Shown here in pieces: positions 19,262 through 30,297 of a DNA stretch of 64,000 bases. This DNA is from Nitrospirota bacterium (lineage in GTDB: Bacteria; Nitrospirota; UBA9217), in the NCBI GenBank assembly GCA_963790205.1, contig CAWBNQ010000001.1, forward strand, positions 64,001-128,000, in the 5' to 3' direction. The stretch's first letter is position 1; each line of letters begins with the position of its first letter. Below the pieces are notes generated by a model. That model was not told the origin of the DNA. It did no database searches and saw only the letters and a program-made list of their open reading frames with translations. A program made the position numbers and the translations under genes.

Positions 19262-19966
19262 ATGAAAACTCTTGACGGGGTCATACAAACCGCTCTGAAG
19301 GAAGGCCGCAAGGCTCTCCTCGAACACGAGGCCAGGGAACTTGCGCGCTCCGTCGGGATTATTGTGCCTAAATTCGAGGTTGTCGGTCCGAACGACGAGG
19401 AGGCTCTTCTCCGTGCGGCGGAGAAGCTCGGCTATCCCATCGCTGTCAAGGCTGTGTCGCCTGACATTCTGCACAAGACCGAAGCCGGAGCGGTCATGCT
19501 CGATATCAAAAATAAAAGAGAGCTGGCATCGGCGGTCAAGCAGATCTTGAATACCATATCCCATCGATTGCCGAATGCGATGGTCCTCTATTTCTTACTC
19601 GAGAAGATGATGCCGCCCGGGCCTGAGCTTTTGATAGGCGGCCTGCGTGATGAGCAGTTCGGTCCGGCGATCGCGTTCGGCCTCGGCGGGATCTGGACCG
19701 AAACGCTGAAAGACGCTGTCTTCGGCATCCTGCCGCTGTCCCGGGACGAGATGATCGACATGATCGACGAGACCAGGGCCGGCCTGTTTTTCAAGGCATT
19801 CCGGGGGGCCGCGCCGCTCGACCGGGAGCCCGTGCTGTCGGTCATGCAGGCAGTCTCCCGGCTCTTGACGGAACATCAGGAGATCCGTGAAATAGACCTG
19901 AACCCCGTCCGCGTTTACGCACGAGGCGCTGCTGCGCTCGACGTGCGGATCCTGCTCACGGCGTAA
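19262..19966 (+). CDS. acdB: ADP-forming acyl-CoA synthetase, beta (ATP-grasp) subunit
   Basis: GYPIAVK..SPDILHKTEAGAV, DEQFGP, EIDLNP. Confidence 0.85.
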   Translation: MKTLDGVIQTALKEGRKALLEHEARELARSVGIIVPKFEVVGPNDEEALLRAAEKLGYPIAVKAVSPDILHKTEAGAVMLDIKNKRELASAVKQILNTISHRLPNAMVLYFLLEKMMPPGPELLIGGLRDEQFGPAIAFGLGGIWTETLKDAVFGILPLSRDEMIDMIDETRAGLFFKAFRGAAPLDREPVLSVMQAVSRLLTEHQEIREIDLNPVRVYARGAAALDVRILLTA

Positions 19967-20077
19967 CCCCGGCCGGCTTTATTTCGAGCTGATCGCACCT
20001 TTGATTCTCATATTTATCTTTTGTAGTAGCGCCGAATGACCATGAAGGCAAAACTCTGCCGGCACGAAAGGGATTTA

Positions 20078-21004
20078 TCAAGTTATTCCCAACTGCCGGC
20101 ATAAGGTTTCACCGGCAATCCGCAAGGCCTTCGTGCCCGTGATCTCCCGGGGGGAGCGCGGCAGGAACGCGACGGGCAGTCCCTCCGCCAGACTCCTGAG
20201 CTCCGGCAGGTGTTCCTGCTGGCTCCGGCACATGGCCCGAAGGGTGTCCGAATCGGCGTTCTCGATAACGCAGTTGACGACCATGCCGTGGACCGGGAGG
20301 TCATAGTCCGCGAGCGTCTTCATGAGCCGTCTTACGTGCTTGACCACGAGCGCTTCGGCATTGGCGACGATGACGAAGGTCGTTTTGTCATGGATGAAAC
20401 GGGCGAGTTTGTCCGAAAGCATGATCCATTCGTCCATGGTATCGGCGATGGACCTCCTCCCGATGAGCTGCTTGCCGATCTTGTCCAGCCCCTCGAAGAC
20501 TTTTGCGCCGGCCCTCAAGTGTTTCCGGATGGAGCGCGGCATGCCCAGAAGGTTCAGGGTCTCCCCCGCCGGCGCCGTGTCCCAGATGACCCGCTCGTAG
20601 TTCCCCTCTTCGACCATATCGACAATGAGGTCGAGCATGGTTTCCTCCCTGAGCGATGGCGCCGATCCTATATAGTCGAGCAGTTGGTGGCGCGACTCGC
20701 CGTCCAGGCCGTCTATATCGATGAGCTGGGAAAGGATATCATAGAAATCGCGGCTGAATTTCGCTTTCCACCGGGCAACGATCGCTTCCTGGCTGATCTC
20801 TACGGCTGCGAGGTTCTCATCGATCTGTTTTACCGCATCGCCGATGGTCTCTTCGAAGATGTCCGAGAGGGAGGGCGTCATGTCGGAGGTGAGCACGATC
20901 GTTCTTTCACCCCTGGCTGCGCAGCAGGTGGCGACCGCGGCTGAGCAGGTCGTCTTGCCCACGCCGCCCTTGCCGCCGAAGAGGATGACGGGTTTGTCAG
21001 TCAT
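20078..21004 (-). CDS. ArsA/Get3-family ATPase (single domain)
   Basis: GGKGGVGKTT, SLSDIF, WDTAPAGETL. Confidence 0.88.
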   Translation of the reverse strand: MTDKPVILFGGKGGVGKTTCSAAVATCCAARGERTIVLTSDMTPSLSDIFEETIGDAVKQIDENLAAVEISQEAIVARWKAKFSRDFYDILSQLIDIDGLDGESRHQLLDYIGSAPSLREETMLDLIVDMVEEGNYERVIWDTAPAGETLNLLGMPRSIRKHLRAGAKVFEGLDKIGKQLIGRRSIADTMDEWIMLSDKLARFIHDKTTFVIVANAEALVVKHVRRLMKTLADYDLPVHGMVVNCVIENADSDTLRAMCRSQQEHLPELRSLAEGLPVAFLPRSPREITGTKALRIAGETLCRQLGIT

Positions 21005-21313
21005 AGTTTTTTGTTCTGCGTATCTCCCTGCCGATACTTTCAATATAGCAGAACAGCAGAAGGCACTACGGGCGGCCGGTTTTAATTCAAAAGTATTAAT
21101 TTACTTCACTGAACATGGTCCTCCGAGCGTCATTTCATGCTATGATAGGAGAAGCGGTTCTCCTGTATTGCGGGGTGACTGCAGGCCAGATTGCAAATGG
21201 CGGAACAATGTGCTTTAATTAAATCATGCATTGGAGCAATAGGGACCGGCTGCTGAGTGACGAGTTGCGCTGTGACAGCTGCCGGTCCCTGTCATGTGGA
21301 AAGGAGAGCATCC

Positions 21314-21796
21314 ATGAAAAAACTGAGCATCTCACTATTGACCGTTGTACTTATCGCGATGGTTCCTGCTGTCGGAATGGCCGCGAAAAAGGCGGGCGGT
21401 CATGCCTATAAGACGCATCTTTCCGGCGGCGCGGTCGTTCCGCCCGTGAAGACCACGGCCAAAGGCATGGCAATCTTCGAGCCGGAAATGGGAGGTAAGG
21501 AATTGAAGTACAAACTTACCGTGAAAGACATTGAGAATGTCACGGCCGCCCACATCCATATCGCCAAGAAAGGAAAGAACGGACCTCCGGTTGCCGGGCT
21601 CTTCGCCGGCCCCAAGAAGGAAGGAAAGTTCAGCGGCGCGCTTGGTGAAGGGACGATCACCGATAAGGATCTCGTAGGCCCGATGGGCGGGAAAACGGTC
21701 AAGGACCTTATCAAAGCGCTTCGTTCCGGCGAGCTCTATGTGAATGTCCACACGGACAAGTATCCCGACGGGGAACTTCGCGGTCAAATCAAGTAA
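21314..21796 (+). CDS. Exported CHRD-domain protein
   Basis: Signal peptide; VTAAHIH, LYVNVHT..YPDGELRGQI. Confidence 0.9.
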   Translation: MKKLSISLLTVVLIAMVPAVGMAAKKAGGHAYKTHLSGGAVVPPVKTTAKGMAIFEPEMGGKELKYKLTVKDIENVTAAHIHIAKKGKNGPPVAGLFAGPKKEGKFSGALGEGTITDKDLVGPMGGKTVKDLIKALRSGELYVNVHTDKYPDGELRGQIK

Positions 21797-21905
21797 CCGG
21801 CGAAATATTTATTCCGGACATACGCTCAGAGGAGCCGGGAAGCAGCCGCTCCTCTGAACGTGTCATCATGCCTCCCTGAAGTTGAAACGCCTCTGCCCGG
21901 CTCGG

Positions 21906-23042
21906 TCATTTTTTTCTAACAAGCTCAATCACGGTAACCTCCGGCGGTGCGAGAAAACGGATGGGGGGGCCCCAGGTGCCGGTGCCGCGACTCACGCGGA
22001 GTATCGATCCGGCCGGCAGATCGAACCTCCCGGCGTTCAGAGGGTAGGCGATTTCACTGACGTAGGTAAAGGGGTATATCTGGCCTTTGTGCGTATGCCC
22101 GGAGAGCTGGAGGTCGAACAACGTGGCCGCATCCCGGTCCACAACGGGCCGGTGTTTGAGCAGGAGCGTGAACCGGTCTTTCGGCAACGCGGAGAGAAGA
22201 GCCGTTTCCGATTCAGGTTTGTCGAGCTTCAACTGTACACCCGCGGGGTCGTCCACTCCCACGATGTTGATCGCGCCGTTCTTCGCCGCTTCGCCGCGAA
22301 GCAGGGTAAATCCGCACTCTCTGGTAAATGCGAGCGCCTGCTTGATACCGGCATAGTATTCGTGGTTCCCGGTGATCGCATAGCTGCCGTAGGGCGCATG
22401 CACGCTGCGAAGAAGGTCGGCCATTCCCTCCATGTTGTTGATCTGGGCGTCCACCAGGTCTCCGGTAGAGACGAAGATGTCGGGTTTCTCGGCCTTGACG
22501 ATATCGACGATCTTTTTCAGCCTCGAACAGCGCACAATGAGTCCCAGATGCACGTCCGATATCTGCACGATGATGAGCCGGCTGATGCTTTCGGGGAGCT
22601 TCGCGGTCTCGATCCGCAGCCGTTCGGTGCGGATGTTCAGGGCATCGAAATACCCGTACCCGCATATTGCCAGGGAAAGGCCCGCGCTAACGAGAAAGGA
22701 GGCTTTGGCGGGGACCAGCAATCCTGAAAAGCCGACATGCGGGATCCGGCCCGCGAGCCGGACGAGAGCGTTGGCGAGGTCGAGGACGATCGAACTGCAA
22801 AAAAACAGAAACAGGGCCGCCATCCAGAGATAGGCGACCCAGGAGAGCACCCGCGCAGCAAACTGATATTCATAGCGCTCGAGCAGGCGGATGAAAACGG
22901 GGGCAAAGGTCATCGCCAGCATGAACACCGCAAGCGCGGCTCCCGTTCCGGAACCGAAGCCCAGGACGCTCCGCGCGCGGAAAAACGTATAGACGTGCAT
23001 TCCGCCGTAAACCGAGAATATGGCAAGAAAGAAGAGGCTCAT
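21906..23042 (-). CDS. Membrane-anchored metallophosphoesterase (YkuE-like)
   Basis: SDVHLG, TGDLVD, GNHE, LSGHTHKGQ. Confidence 0.9.
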   Translation of the reverse strand: MSLFFLAIFSVYGGMHVYTFFRARSVLGFGSGTGAALAVFMLAMTFAPVFIRLLERYEYQFAARVLSWVAYLWMAALFLFFCSSIVLDLANALVRLAGRIPHVGFSGLLVPAKASFLVSAGLSLAICGYGYFDALNIRTERLRIETAKLPESISRLIIVQISDVHLGLIVRCSRLKKIVDIVKAEKPDIFVSTGDLVDAQINNMEGMADLLRSVHAPYGSYAITGNHEYYAGIKQALAFTRECGFTLLRGEAAKNGAINIVGVDDPAGVQLKLDKPESETALLSALPKDRFTLLLKHRPVVDRDAATLFDLQLSGHTHKGQIYPFTYVSEIAYPLNAGRFDLPAGSILRVSRGTGTWGPPIRFLAPPEVTVIELVRKK

Positions 23043-24118
23043 CTGCCGAAGCTCACGCCCATGCCCTCGGCGATCTTCACAAGCTCGCCTTCGGGATCGA
23101 CGAGCTTGAGGCTGCTGATCGCCTTGTCGAGCGGGACCGAGGTGATGTTCGGAGGCTGGTAGGAGACCATCTCGCCGAACTTCTTTTGTGCGATCAGCTC
23201 CACGGCCGCCGCACCGTAGCGCGTTGCGAGGATACGGTCAAAGGAGCAGGGACTGCCGCCGCGCTGCAGGTGGCCGAGCACCGTCACCCGCGTTTCGATG
23301 CCGGTCCTCTTGCTGATCTCGTTCCCCACGATCTCGCCCATGCCGCCGAGCCGGAGCACGTACCCGTCGGCCGCCTTTTCGCGCACCGCCATCTCCCCGC
23401 CGGCGGGCTTGGCGCCCTCGGCGACCACGACGATGCTTGAATTGCTTCCCGACTTTTTCCGCTCGAGCAGTTTTTCCGCAACTTTTTCCAAACTGAAGGG
23501 GATTTCGGGAATAAGGATGACGTCGGCGCTGCCTGCGATGCCCGCCTCGAGCGCTATCCAGCCCGCGTAGCGTCCCATGACCTCGAGCACGATCACGCGC
23601 TGGTGACTTTCCGCCGTCGTGTGGAGTTTGTCGAGCGCGTCTGTTGCCGTGTCCACCGCCGTCTGGAACCCGAACGTAACGTGGGTGGCCATGAGGTCGT
23701 TATCGATGGTCTTGGGCACGCCGATCACGGGGACGCCGAGCTTCTGCAGCCCGTAGCCGATCTTGAGCGAACCATCGCCGCCGATGACCACGAGCGTTTC
23801 GAGACCAAGCTCCTTGACGTTGTTGACGACCAGGGCCGAATGGTCCTCTACGATCTCTCTGCCGCCGACGACGGTCCGGTGCGCAAAGGGATTGCCGCGG
23901 TTCGTGGTGCCGAGGATGGTCCCGCCGACGAAGAGGATCCCCCGCGTGTTCCACGAAGTGAGCTGGCGCGTCTTCGTGGGGGAGAGCAGCCCTTCGAACC
24001 CGTCGATAATGCCCGTAACCTCCCACCCGTATTTGAATATGGCGGTCTTCGTGACCGCGCGGATCACCGCATTGAGGCCGGGGGCATCGCCCCCGCCGGA
24101 AAGAACACCGATTCGCAT
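23039..24118 (-). CDS. pfkA: 6-phosphofructokinase
   Basis: GGDAPGLN, GGDGS, PKTIDND, EVMGR, LGHLQRGG. Confidence 0.95.
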   Translation of the reverse strand: MRIGVLSGGGDAPGLNAVIRAVTKTAIFKYGWEVTGIIDGFEGLLSPTKTRQLTSWNTRGILFVGGTILGTTNRGNPFAHRTVVGGREIVEDHSALVVNNVKELGLETLVVIGGDGSLKIGYGLQKLGVPVIGVPKTIDNDLMATHVTFGFQTAVDTATDALDKLHTTAESHQRVIVLEVMGRYAGWIALEAGIAGSADVILIPEIPFSLEKVAEKLLERKKSGSNSSIVVVAEGAKPAGGEMAVREKAADGYVLRLGGMGEIVGNEISKRTGIETRVTVLGHLQRGGSPCSFDRILATRYGAAAVELIAQKKFGEMVSYQPPNITSVPLDKAISSLKLVDPEGELVKIAEGMGVSFGR

Positions 24119-24323
24119 GATAGCCTCCGAATGATAATACCGTCATGAGTTCGTCGTTTGGAGTTTTGCGTAAATGCCTTATGGCATCGGGACCTTGCTC
24201 CGGACTCCGCACTCCACCTGCGCCCAGCGCTTATGAGGCCCTTGATTCCCGTCTCGCGATTTTCAGCGAGAGGGTACGACAATGAGTCTAAGAATTATGT
24301 CCGAATGCAGGCGAACTCCGAAC

Positions 24324-25166
24324 TTATATTCTGTTGTTTAATCCCAGCAGCCTGGCCCCGCCTTCGCAGGCAATGTGCAGAACGTCTTCTCGTGAAATCC
24401 CCGCGCGTTCAAAGTAGGATAGCTCCGCATCATAGATTTTTTTGTATTCCGGATCAGGCAGCACACAATCAGTGCCCACAGCCAGAGGGACCCCGAGCTC
24501 GCGCGCCCTGCCGATCATTTCAAGCTGACTTGCGATCAAGGCCGTAACAGATGCCTTCATCTCTTTCGATATCGCTGTGGAAGCAGCAGCCCGCGCAAGC
24601 GCTCCCACGGTCGGCGTCCAGTACGTCCCGTGCTTTGCCATCGCTTCAAGCGTGCGCTCGGTCATGAAAAATCCGTGCTCCACCGAGCGTACGCCCGATT
24701 CCGTTGCAGCCACGATCGCGGCCGCGCCGTTCGCGTGGGCCATGACGCCGAGACCTGCTGTCGCGGCCTCACCGACGATGAACCGGAGTTCCTCGGGATG
24801 AAAGCCGCCGTGGGTAATGGTCCCGGGCCTCTTGAGGCTTACCATACCCGAGGCCATGATTTTTATTATACCAGCTCCGGCGCGCTTGAGCTTGAGAATC
24901 TCACCCCGGATTTCTTCGCTCGTCTCGACGGGAACGCCAAAAAGGGAACCGTATTCGCCCTTTTTAAAAATCGCCCATCCGGCGCTCACGATGGTCAGTC
25001 CGCTTCTGAGGGCGGTCCCGGGCTTCAGTCCCGCCCCTTCTTTTGTTCCGGCATCGCGCACCGCCGCGATACCCGCAGCCCTGACTGCTTCAAGGCCGCG
25101 CGCATCCTCGATGTGTATGTGGGTGTCGACGAAGTCGCTATGGTGACCGATCTTCATTGCGGGCAT
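24324..25166 (-). CDS. Amidohydrolase-family protein
   Basis: VDTHIH, VRDAG, IKIMASG, MAHA, SVEHG, VGTD. Confidence 0.82.
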   Translation of the reverse strand: MPAMKIGHHSDFVDTHIHIEDARGLEAVRAAGIAAVRDAGTKEGAGLKPGTALRSGLTIVSAGWAIFKKGEYGSLFGVPVETSEEIRGEILKLKRAGAGIIKIMASGMVSLKRPGTITHGGFHPEELRFIVGEAATAGLGVMAHANGAAAIVAATESGVRSVEHGFFMTERTLEAMAKHGTYWTPTVGALARAAASTAISKEMKASVTALIASQLEMIGRARELGVPLAVGTDCVLPDPEYKKIYDAELSYFERAGISREDVLHIACEGGARLLGLNNRI

Positions 25167-25253
25167 GGCAAATAAGAGGCGAGTTAAGCTTTTTCCGCAG
25201 GTTGATAGTCGGCGACGAAAGCCGGGGGAGCAAGCCCTGCGCCCCAAACGGGT

Positions 25254-27311
25254 TCACCGCCTGCCCTGCCGTATTTCTCGCGGGCGGTATTGTTCGTATA
25301 AGCTGTCCGGGATCAGTTTTAATGCACGGGTGAAACGGTCGTTCAGTGCTTTGTATTGGTTAAATTCAGCGATCAACTGGTCCCTTTTCGCCTCGTCCTG
25401 TATCGGTTCCAGATCCATATACTTACCGATGGAAAACAATATATCCTGGTCAATAAAATACATTCCGGAAATGTAATCGATCAGATTGGTTTTTGTGTGC
25501 TTGAGAGGGTATTTATGCACATTCCTGAAGGAAGGATCCGTATCCAGTCCCGTGCCGACCCAGGAAACGGTGGAGGGAACATCTAAATTGTAATTCTTCT
25601 TCAGGAAGGCCAGCAGAGAAGGCGTGATATCCAATTGAGATGAGATCGACTGGATATACGCCGTGCGCTTAAGCAGGGGTGAGAAGATGATCAGCGGAAC
25701 ATGGAACCTGTCTATTTTGGTGGACATCGGTATTTCGGGCAATCGATGATCTCCGGTAATGATAAATATGGTATTACGATAGGCGGGAAGTTTTGCATAC
25801 TGCTCAAAAAAGAACCGCAAAGCGTCATCGGTATACATTATTGTGGAATATATTTTTCCGTACGTGCGATGGTTTTCCTTTTGTGCCTCGTCGAAACCCA
25901 GTTGGTTCATCCGCTTCTCGAAGAACCGAAGGTATTTATCCTGATCGGGGAAGGAATAGGGAGTATGCATGCTCATGGTTTGCACGAACGAAACATAGGG
26001 CTGCTTCGAATCCTGACTGTCCATTTTCAGCGATTTCCGCATCAGTTCCCTGTCGGGATAACCCCAGTATGTGTTCGGGCTTTTCGCATAATTTTTGCCG
26101 TAGTCATTTATGCCGATCATGACATCAACGCCCTGTCTCTGCAGAAATAACCGCTCATTGTCAAAATCCAAATCACTGCCATAGTAAAATTTTAGACGGT
26201 ACCCGTCATGTTTCAATATGCTCATTAAGGAAAGATGTTTGGGCATTCGTTGTCCCAGATCGCTGAAGCCTTTATCCGCGAATGGCAAGGAGGCTAAAAT
26301 GGACGGAAGCGCCGCAAAGGTACGTCCTTGGGAAGCAAGGAAATTCTCCCAGTATAAGCTTTTCCGGGACAGATCGTCGAGAAACGGCGTAAAGCTTCCC
26401 AGATACGCATTGGGTCCGCTGAAAGCTTTGCCCAAACCCTCCACCAGAATAAAAACAAGGTTGGGCGGCCTGTTGGAAACAACCTTGAAGAATTCACCCA
26501 GCACGTCACGCGGTTCGTCGGTCCTCAAAAATGGATAGTCAGAAATTTTATATTTGAACGCCGGCGCGTTATCCGGTCGCCTGTCATCCCGGGAAAGAGC
26601 ATGAGCATTGACGCTCTCTTTTGTTGAACGGGAATAATAGGCGTAGGATTCCTCGGCAAAATAAACCGCTTTGTTCAAAGCCATGTTATAGGAGAAGTCT
26701 GTTTCAAATGATGTTCTCGCGGGCAGGACTGATACCGTACAGGTCAACAAGACCCCCGCTCCTAAGAGAACAAATGCGTATACCGGTTTAAGCAAGTTAC
26801 GGGAGTATAAAAACGAAAAAGAAGCCCAGAATGCGACGAGCGGTATGACAAATAGAAAAAGTGAGATCGTGTCAAACGTGATGCCGCCTCTGACGGTTTC
26901 ATTAATTTCTTTCAGGGAGTATCCGAAAAGGTCCGCGCCGAGGGGGACCAGCGCCGTGGCAAAGTACTTAATGAGCGCCGCGTACAGGATTATAACGATC
27001 GATCCCCCTAGACAATATATCCAGTAACGGAATTTCATGGTTCCGGCGCTAAAATAAACCATAACAAATGGAATAAACAGGAATGAAAGTATTGCCGGAA
27101 AGGATAGTAAATCAAACATGAGCGCCCGCGTGATCACGTTCCACAAATCCTGGGGGGGATTATTGGTTTTGCAAATGTATATGAATTCCATAATACGCAA
27201 TGCCAAGAACGCGATCAGCAGCGCCTGTGAAAAATTACCGAACAGAGCAGCGCAGTCTTTCAGCTTGTCGAGAAAGGACCGTTGGGCTTCTTTCTGGACC
27301 GTATCGTTCAT
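25254..27311 (-). CDS. LTA synthase-family / sulfatase-fold membrane transferase
   Basis: N-terminal TM helices; PNLVFILVEG, TPFLD, RTF, TMSMHTPY, ITGDH. Confidence 0.85.
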   Translation of the reverse strand: MNDTVQKEAQRSFLDKLKDCAALFGNFSQALLIAFLALRIMEFIYICKTNNPPQDLWNVITRALMFDLLSFPAILSFLFIPFVMVYFSAGTMKFRYWIYCLGGSIVIILYAALIKYFATALVPLGADLFGYSLKEINETVRGGITFDTISLFLFVIPLVAFWASFSFLYSRNLLKPVYAFVLLGAGVLLTCTVSVLPARTSFETDFSYNMALNKAVYFAEESYAYYSRSTKESVNAHALSRDDRRPDNAPAFKYKISDYPFLRTDEPRDVLGEFFKVVSNRPPNLVFILVEGLGKAFSGPNAYLGSFTPFLDDLSRKSLYWENFLASQGRTFAALPSILASLPFADKGFSDLGQRMPKHLSLMSILKHDGYRLKFYYGSDLDFDNERLFLQRQGVDVMIGINDYGKNYAKSPNTYWGYPDRELMRKSLKMDSQDSKQPYVSFVQTMSMHTPYSFPDQDKYLRFFEKRMNQLGFDEAQKENHRTYGKIYSTIMYTDDALRFFFEQYAKLPAYRNTIFIITGDHRLPEIPMSTKIDRFHVPLIIFSPLLKRTAYIQSISSQLDITPSLLAFLKKNYNLDVPSTVSWVGTGLDTDPSFRNVHKYPLKHTKTNLIDYISGMYFIDQDILFSIGKYMDLEPIQDEAKRDQLIAEFNQYKALNDRFTRALKLIPDSLYEQYRPREIRQGRR

Positions 27312-27444
27312 GGCATGACTCCTTTTGTGCCGGGAAAAACCGGTTTCCGCATATTTTCACCAGTCATTCGTCGGAACCCTATCGGCCCTCATTCCGCAAT
27401 TGGATCGAATGCTTTCATCCGGCATAGCGCTTTCCAGCAGCTCA

Positions 27445-28743
27445 TCACCAGCGGGTTAAAACATTGGCCGAGACACTTCGCTCAATAAAGGGATAGGTAT
27501 TGTCGTCGCTGTAACCCGCAGAAATCTTGAAGCCCCATCGCGGATTAATATATTTCTGGAATACTGCTCCATACGATTTGCTCCTTGTTGTTTTAACGAT
27601 CATAGTCCCCGGAGGAAATTCACCGCCCCGGCCGAATCCGCCGTTCATTTCGAAGTAATCATCTCCATTTCCGGCAAAGTAATATCTGGCGAGAAGGTGA
27701 TGCGATATGCTCAGCGCGGCGCTTGATGGAATAAAGAGGGTCCGCCATCGGAAATACCAGTCGCCGGTGTATTTCCCGAGACCAAGGCCGTACATGTCGA
27801 CGGTGCTTGTGCCGAAATCCATGTGGTCATAGCTGCCGGAAAGCTCCCATCCCTTTCCTGCTCCCTGAAATATTTCCAGGCGATAGGAATCCTTGGGGTA
27901 GAGGATGGCATGCGGTGAATACTGATACCTGATGTTCGCATACGACCGCGGCCAGAGGTCCACATATCCATCGAGTGCCAGGGCGTAGTCGTCGGATCCG
28001 AACCGCAGGGAATCCAGATATTCAAAAGCGAGCGAACTGTGCTCCCAATAGTGACGAACGGACGCGCTGTAATAATGCCAATTGCTGTGGACCGGCGAAA
28101 ATTCGCTGTAGCCGTAGGACAGGTTCGCAAGCCATTTGTACGATTCAGGCGCTACCGATTCCGGCACCTCTCTGCGTTGAAGAGAAGTAAGATATCGATT
28201 GATCTCGGGGGCAGGAGCGCCGTGCGCCAGGGCTGCTTCAAAATCGGCGCGGGCCGCTTCAAGTTCGTTCGCCGACAGATAGGCTTTCCCACGCGCGAGG
28301 TACGGGCGGAAGTCTCCGGGGTCCGCCACGATCCATTTGCCGTATGCGCCTGCGGCGGCGGCGGGCCGATCGCTCCAGAGATATACATCCCCGAGAGCGG
28401 ACCAGGCGTCAGCGTAGTCCGGTAACCGCTTCGTTACCGCTGTTATGTCCGCCTCGGCTTCATTCCAGCGATCCTCCCACGCATAGGTCCTTCCTCGCGC
28501 GAGAAGCAGGTCGGAATTATTCGGTCTCGTTGCCAGTAATTCCGTATAGAGCCGAATCGCTTCATCACGGTGATTCGAAAAAGAGAGGGCTCGCGCAAGT
28601 TTGAACGTTGCTTCATACGATTCGGGATGAGTTTCTACCTCCGCACGATAGTACTGTACGGCGGCGTTATAATCGCCTTTTGTCATGGCTGTGTCGCCAT
28701 CAGCTATCGCGGTGACAAGAGCCAAAACATAAAAAGTCATCAT
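27445..28743 (-). CDS. TPR plus YaiO-family outer-membrane beta-barrel
   Basis: TPR repeats followed by aromatic-rich beta strands; C-terminal Trp. Confidence 0.78.
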   Translation of the reverse strand: MMTFYVLALVTAIADGDTAMTKGDYNAAVQYYRAEVETHPESYEATFKLARALSFSNHRDEAIRLYTELLATRPNNSDLLLARGRTYAWEDRWNEAEADITAVTKRLPDYADAWSALGDVYLWSDRPAAAAGAYGKWIVADPGDFRPYLARGKAYLSANELEAARADFEAALAHGAPAPEINRYLTSLQRREVPESVAPESYKWLANLSYGYSEFSPVHSNWHYYSASVRHYWEHSSLAFEYLDSLRFGSDDYALALDGYVDLWPRSYANIRYQYSPHAILYPKDSYRLEIFQGAGKGWELSGSYDHMDFGTSTVDMYGLGLGKYTGDWYFRWRTLFIPSSAALSISHHLLARYYFAGNGDDYFEMNGGFGRGGEFPPGTMIVKTTRSKSYGAVFQKYINPRWGFKISAGYSDDNTYPFIERSVSANVLTRW

Positions 28744-28863
28744 TCCATGAACCCTTTCTCTTTTAATGTGCCTTTCATTTTTTCCGCGCTCCTTCTGCCG
28801 GGGCGGCAAAGAATGGTCTAATAATCGCTCTTCTTGACGACGAGAAAACGGTTTTTGTAAAGT

Positions 28864-30297
28864 TCATCGTCCGCAGCCTTTCCGCTCGGGGCTCATCCCT
28901 TTGTGCTCAACGTATTCCCACTCTCTTTGTCCGACCAGATATTTGATCAAAGCCTGCAGCCTCCAGAACGCATTCATCTGACGGTATCCGAAATTTTCGA
29001 ACACGCCGTAGAGCAGGAGTCGGAACAGGTGCGCCCACGCGGGATACCGTTTGTAGGTCAGTTCTTCGAGAAAGATCCCGGCGGTCGAAAGAAAAACACC
29101 GTAGAAGACGGCCAGGGTGACGAAGAGCATGAGAAAGGTATAATTGAGTATCCCCAGGACATAGGAGAGCAGCACAACGGCATATCCTGTTATCTCGATG
29201 ACCGGACCGATGATCTCAAAGAACAGATAGTACGGCATCACAAGCATGCCGATCATGCCATAACGCGGATTGAAGAGCATCTCGCGGTTTTGGAACAGGC
29301 TCTGGATCAATCCGAGATGCCACCGCCGCCGCTGCCGCGCGATCATCTTCAGACTGTCCGGGACCTCGGTCCAGCAGATCGGGTCCGAAATGAACCGTAC
29401 CCGGTATGGCTTATGCTGCTTCAGCTTCACCTTGTGCAGCCGAACGATCATTTCCATGTCTTCCGACACGTTCCCGACCCTGAATCCTCCTGCCTCCTGG
29501 ACCGACGCCTTATGAAAGAGCGAGAAGGTCCCCGAGATGATGAGGAGAGCGTGCAGGGTGTCCCACCCGACCCGTCCGAAGAGAAATCCTCGGATATACT
29601 CGACGATCTGAAAGAGAACGAGCGGTTTTTTCGAGAGATCGATCTCCTCGATCTCGACGTCGCTCGCAAGCCGCACGCCGTTCAAGACGCGCACGACGCC
29701 TCCGCAGGCAACAATGGGGATGCTGCTTTCGAGGATCGTGGTCATGATCCTGATGAGGGCGTCCTTTTCAAGAAGAGAGTCCGCATCGATCGAGCAAACG
29801 TAGGGGCATCGCGACGCGTTGATGCCGCAATTCAGGGCATCAGCCTTGCCGCCCCGTTCCTTGTCGATGACGAGGAGGTTCGGCGTCTCCTCGTTGTAGT
29901 AGAATGCCTTCACGGCCTTGGTCTTCATGGTGTCCCGGTACACGCGGTCGATCTTTATCAGCTTGAAAGCGTCGATCACGGACTGCAGCGTATCATCGTC
30001 CGAACCGTCGTTGATGAGGATCACTTCGAACACGGGATAGTCGCAGGCAAGCGCGGACCGGATGCTCCGGAGGACGACCTTCTTCTCGTTATAGACCGGG
30101 ATCATGATGGAAACCGGCGAGGTGCCGGGAGCGGAGCGAAAATCCCTGATCGGGGAATACCTGATCCGCCGGATATGCCGGAGAACCGCAACCAGAGAGA
30201 TTGCCAGGAGGCCGGCGTATATCGTGTTGACGACGCCGAAGTAGGCCCCGACAAAATAATTGAACCCCACGGTGAAAAAGATGATCGCTTTTCTCAT
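28864..30297 (-). CDS. Processive GT2 glycosyltransferase
   Basis: PVYNE, NDGS, GGKADALN, DAD, SED, QRRRW, TM helices. Confidence 0.92.
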   Translation of the reverse strand: MRKAIIFFTVGFNYFVGAYFGVVNTIYAGLLAISLVAVLRHIRRIRYSPIRDFRSAPGTSPVSIMIPVYNEKKVVLRSIRSALACDYPVFEVILINDGSDDDTLQSVIDAFKLIKIDRVYRDTMKTKAVKAFYYNEETPNLLVIDKERGGKADALNCGINASRCPYVCSIDADSLLEKDALIRIMTTILESSIPIVACGGVVRVLNGVRLASDVEIEEIDLSKKPLVLFQIVEYIRGFLFGRVGWDTLHALLIISGTFSLFHKASVQEAGGFRVGNVSEDMEMIVRLHKVKLKQHKPYRVRFISDPICWTEVPDSLKMIARQRRRWHLGLIQSLFQNREMLFNPRYGMIGMLVMPYYLFFEIIGPVIEITGYAVVLLSYVLGILNYTFLMLFVTLAVFYGVFLSTAGIFLEELTYKRYPAWAHLFRLLLYGVFENFGYRQMNAFWRLQALIKYLVGQREWEYVEHKGMSPERKGCGR

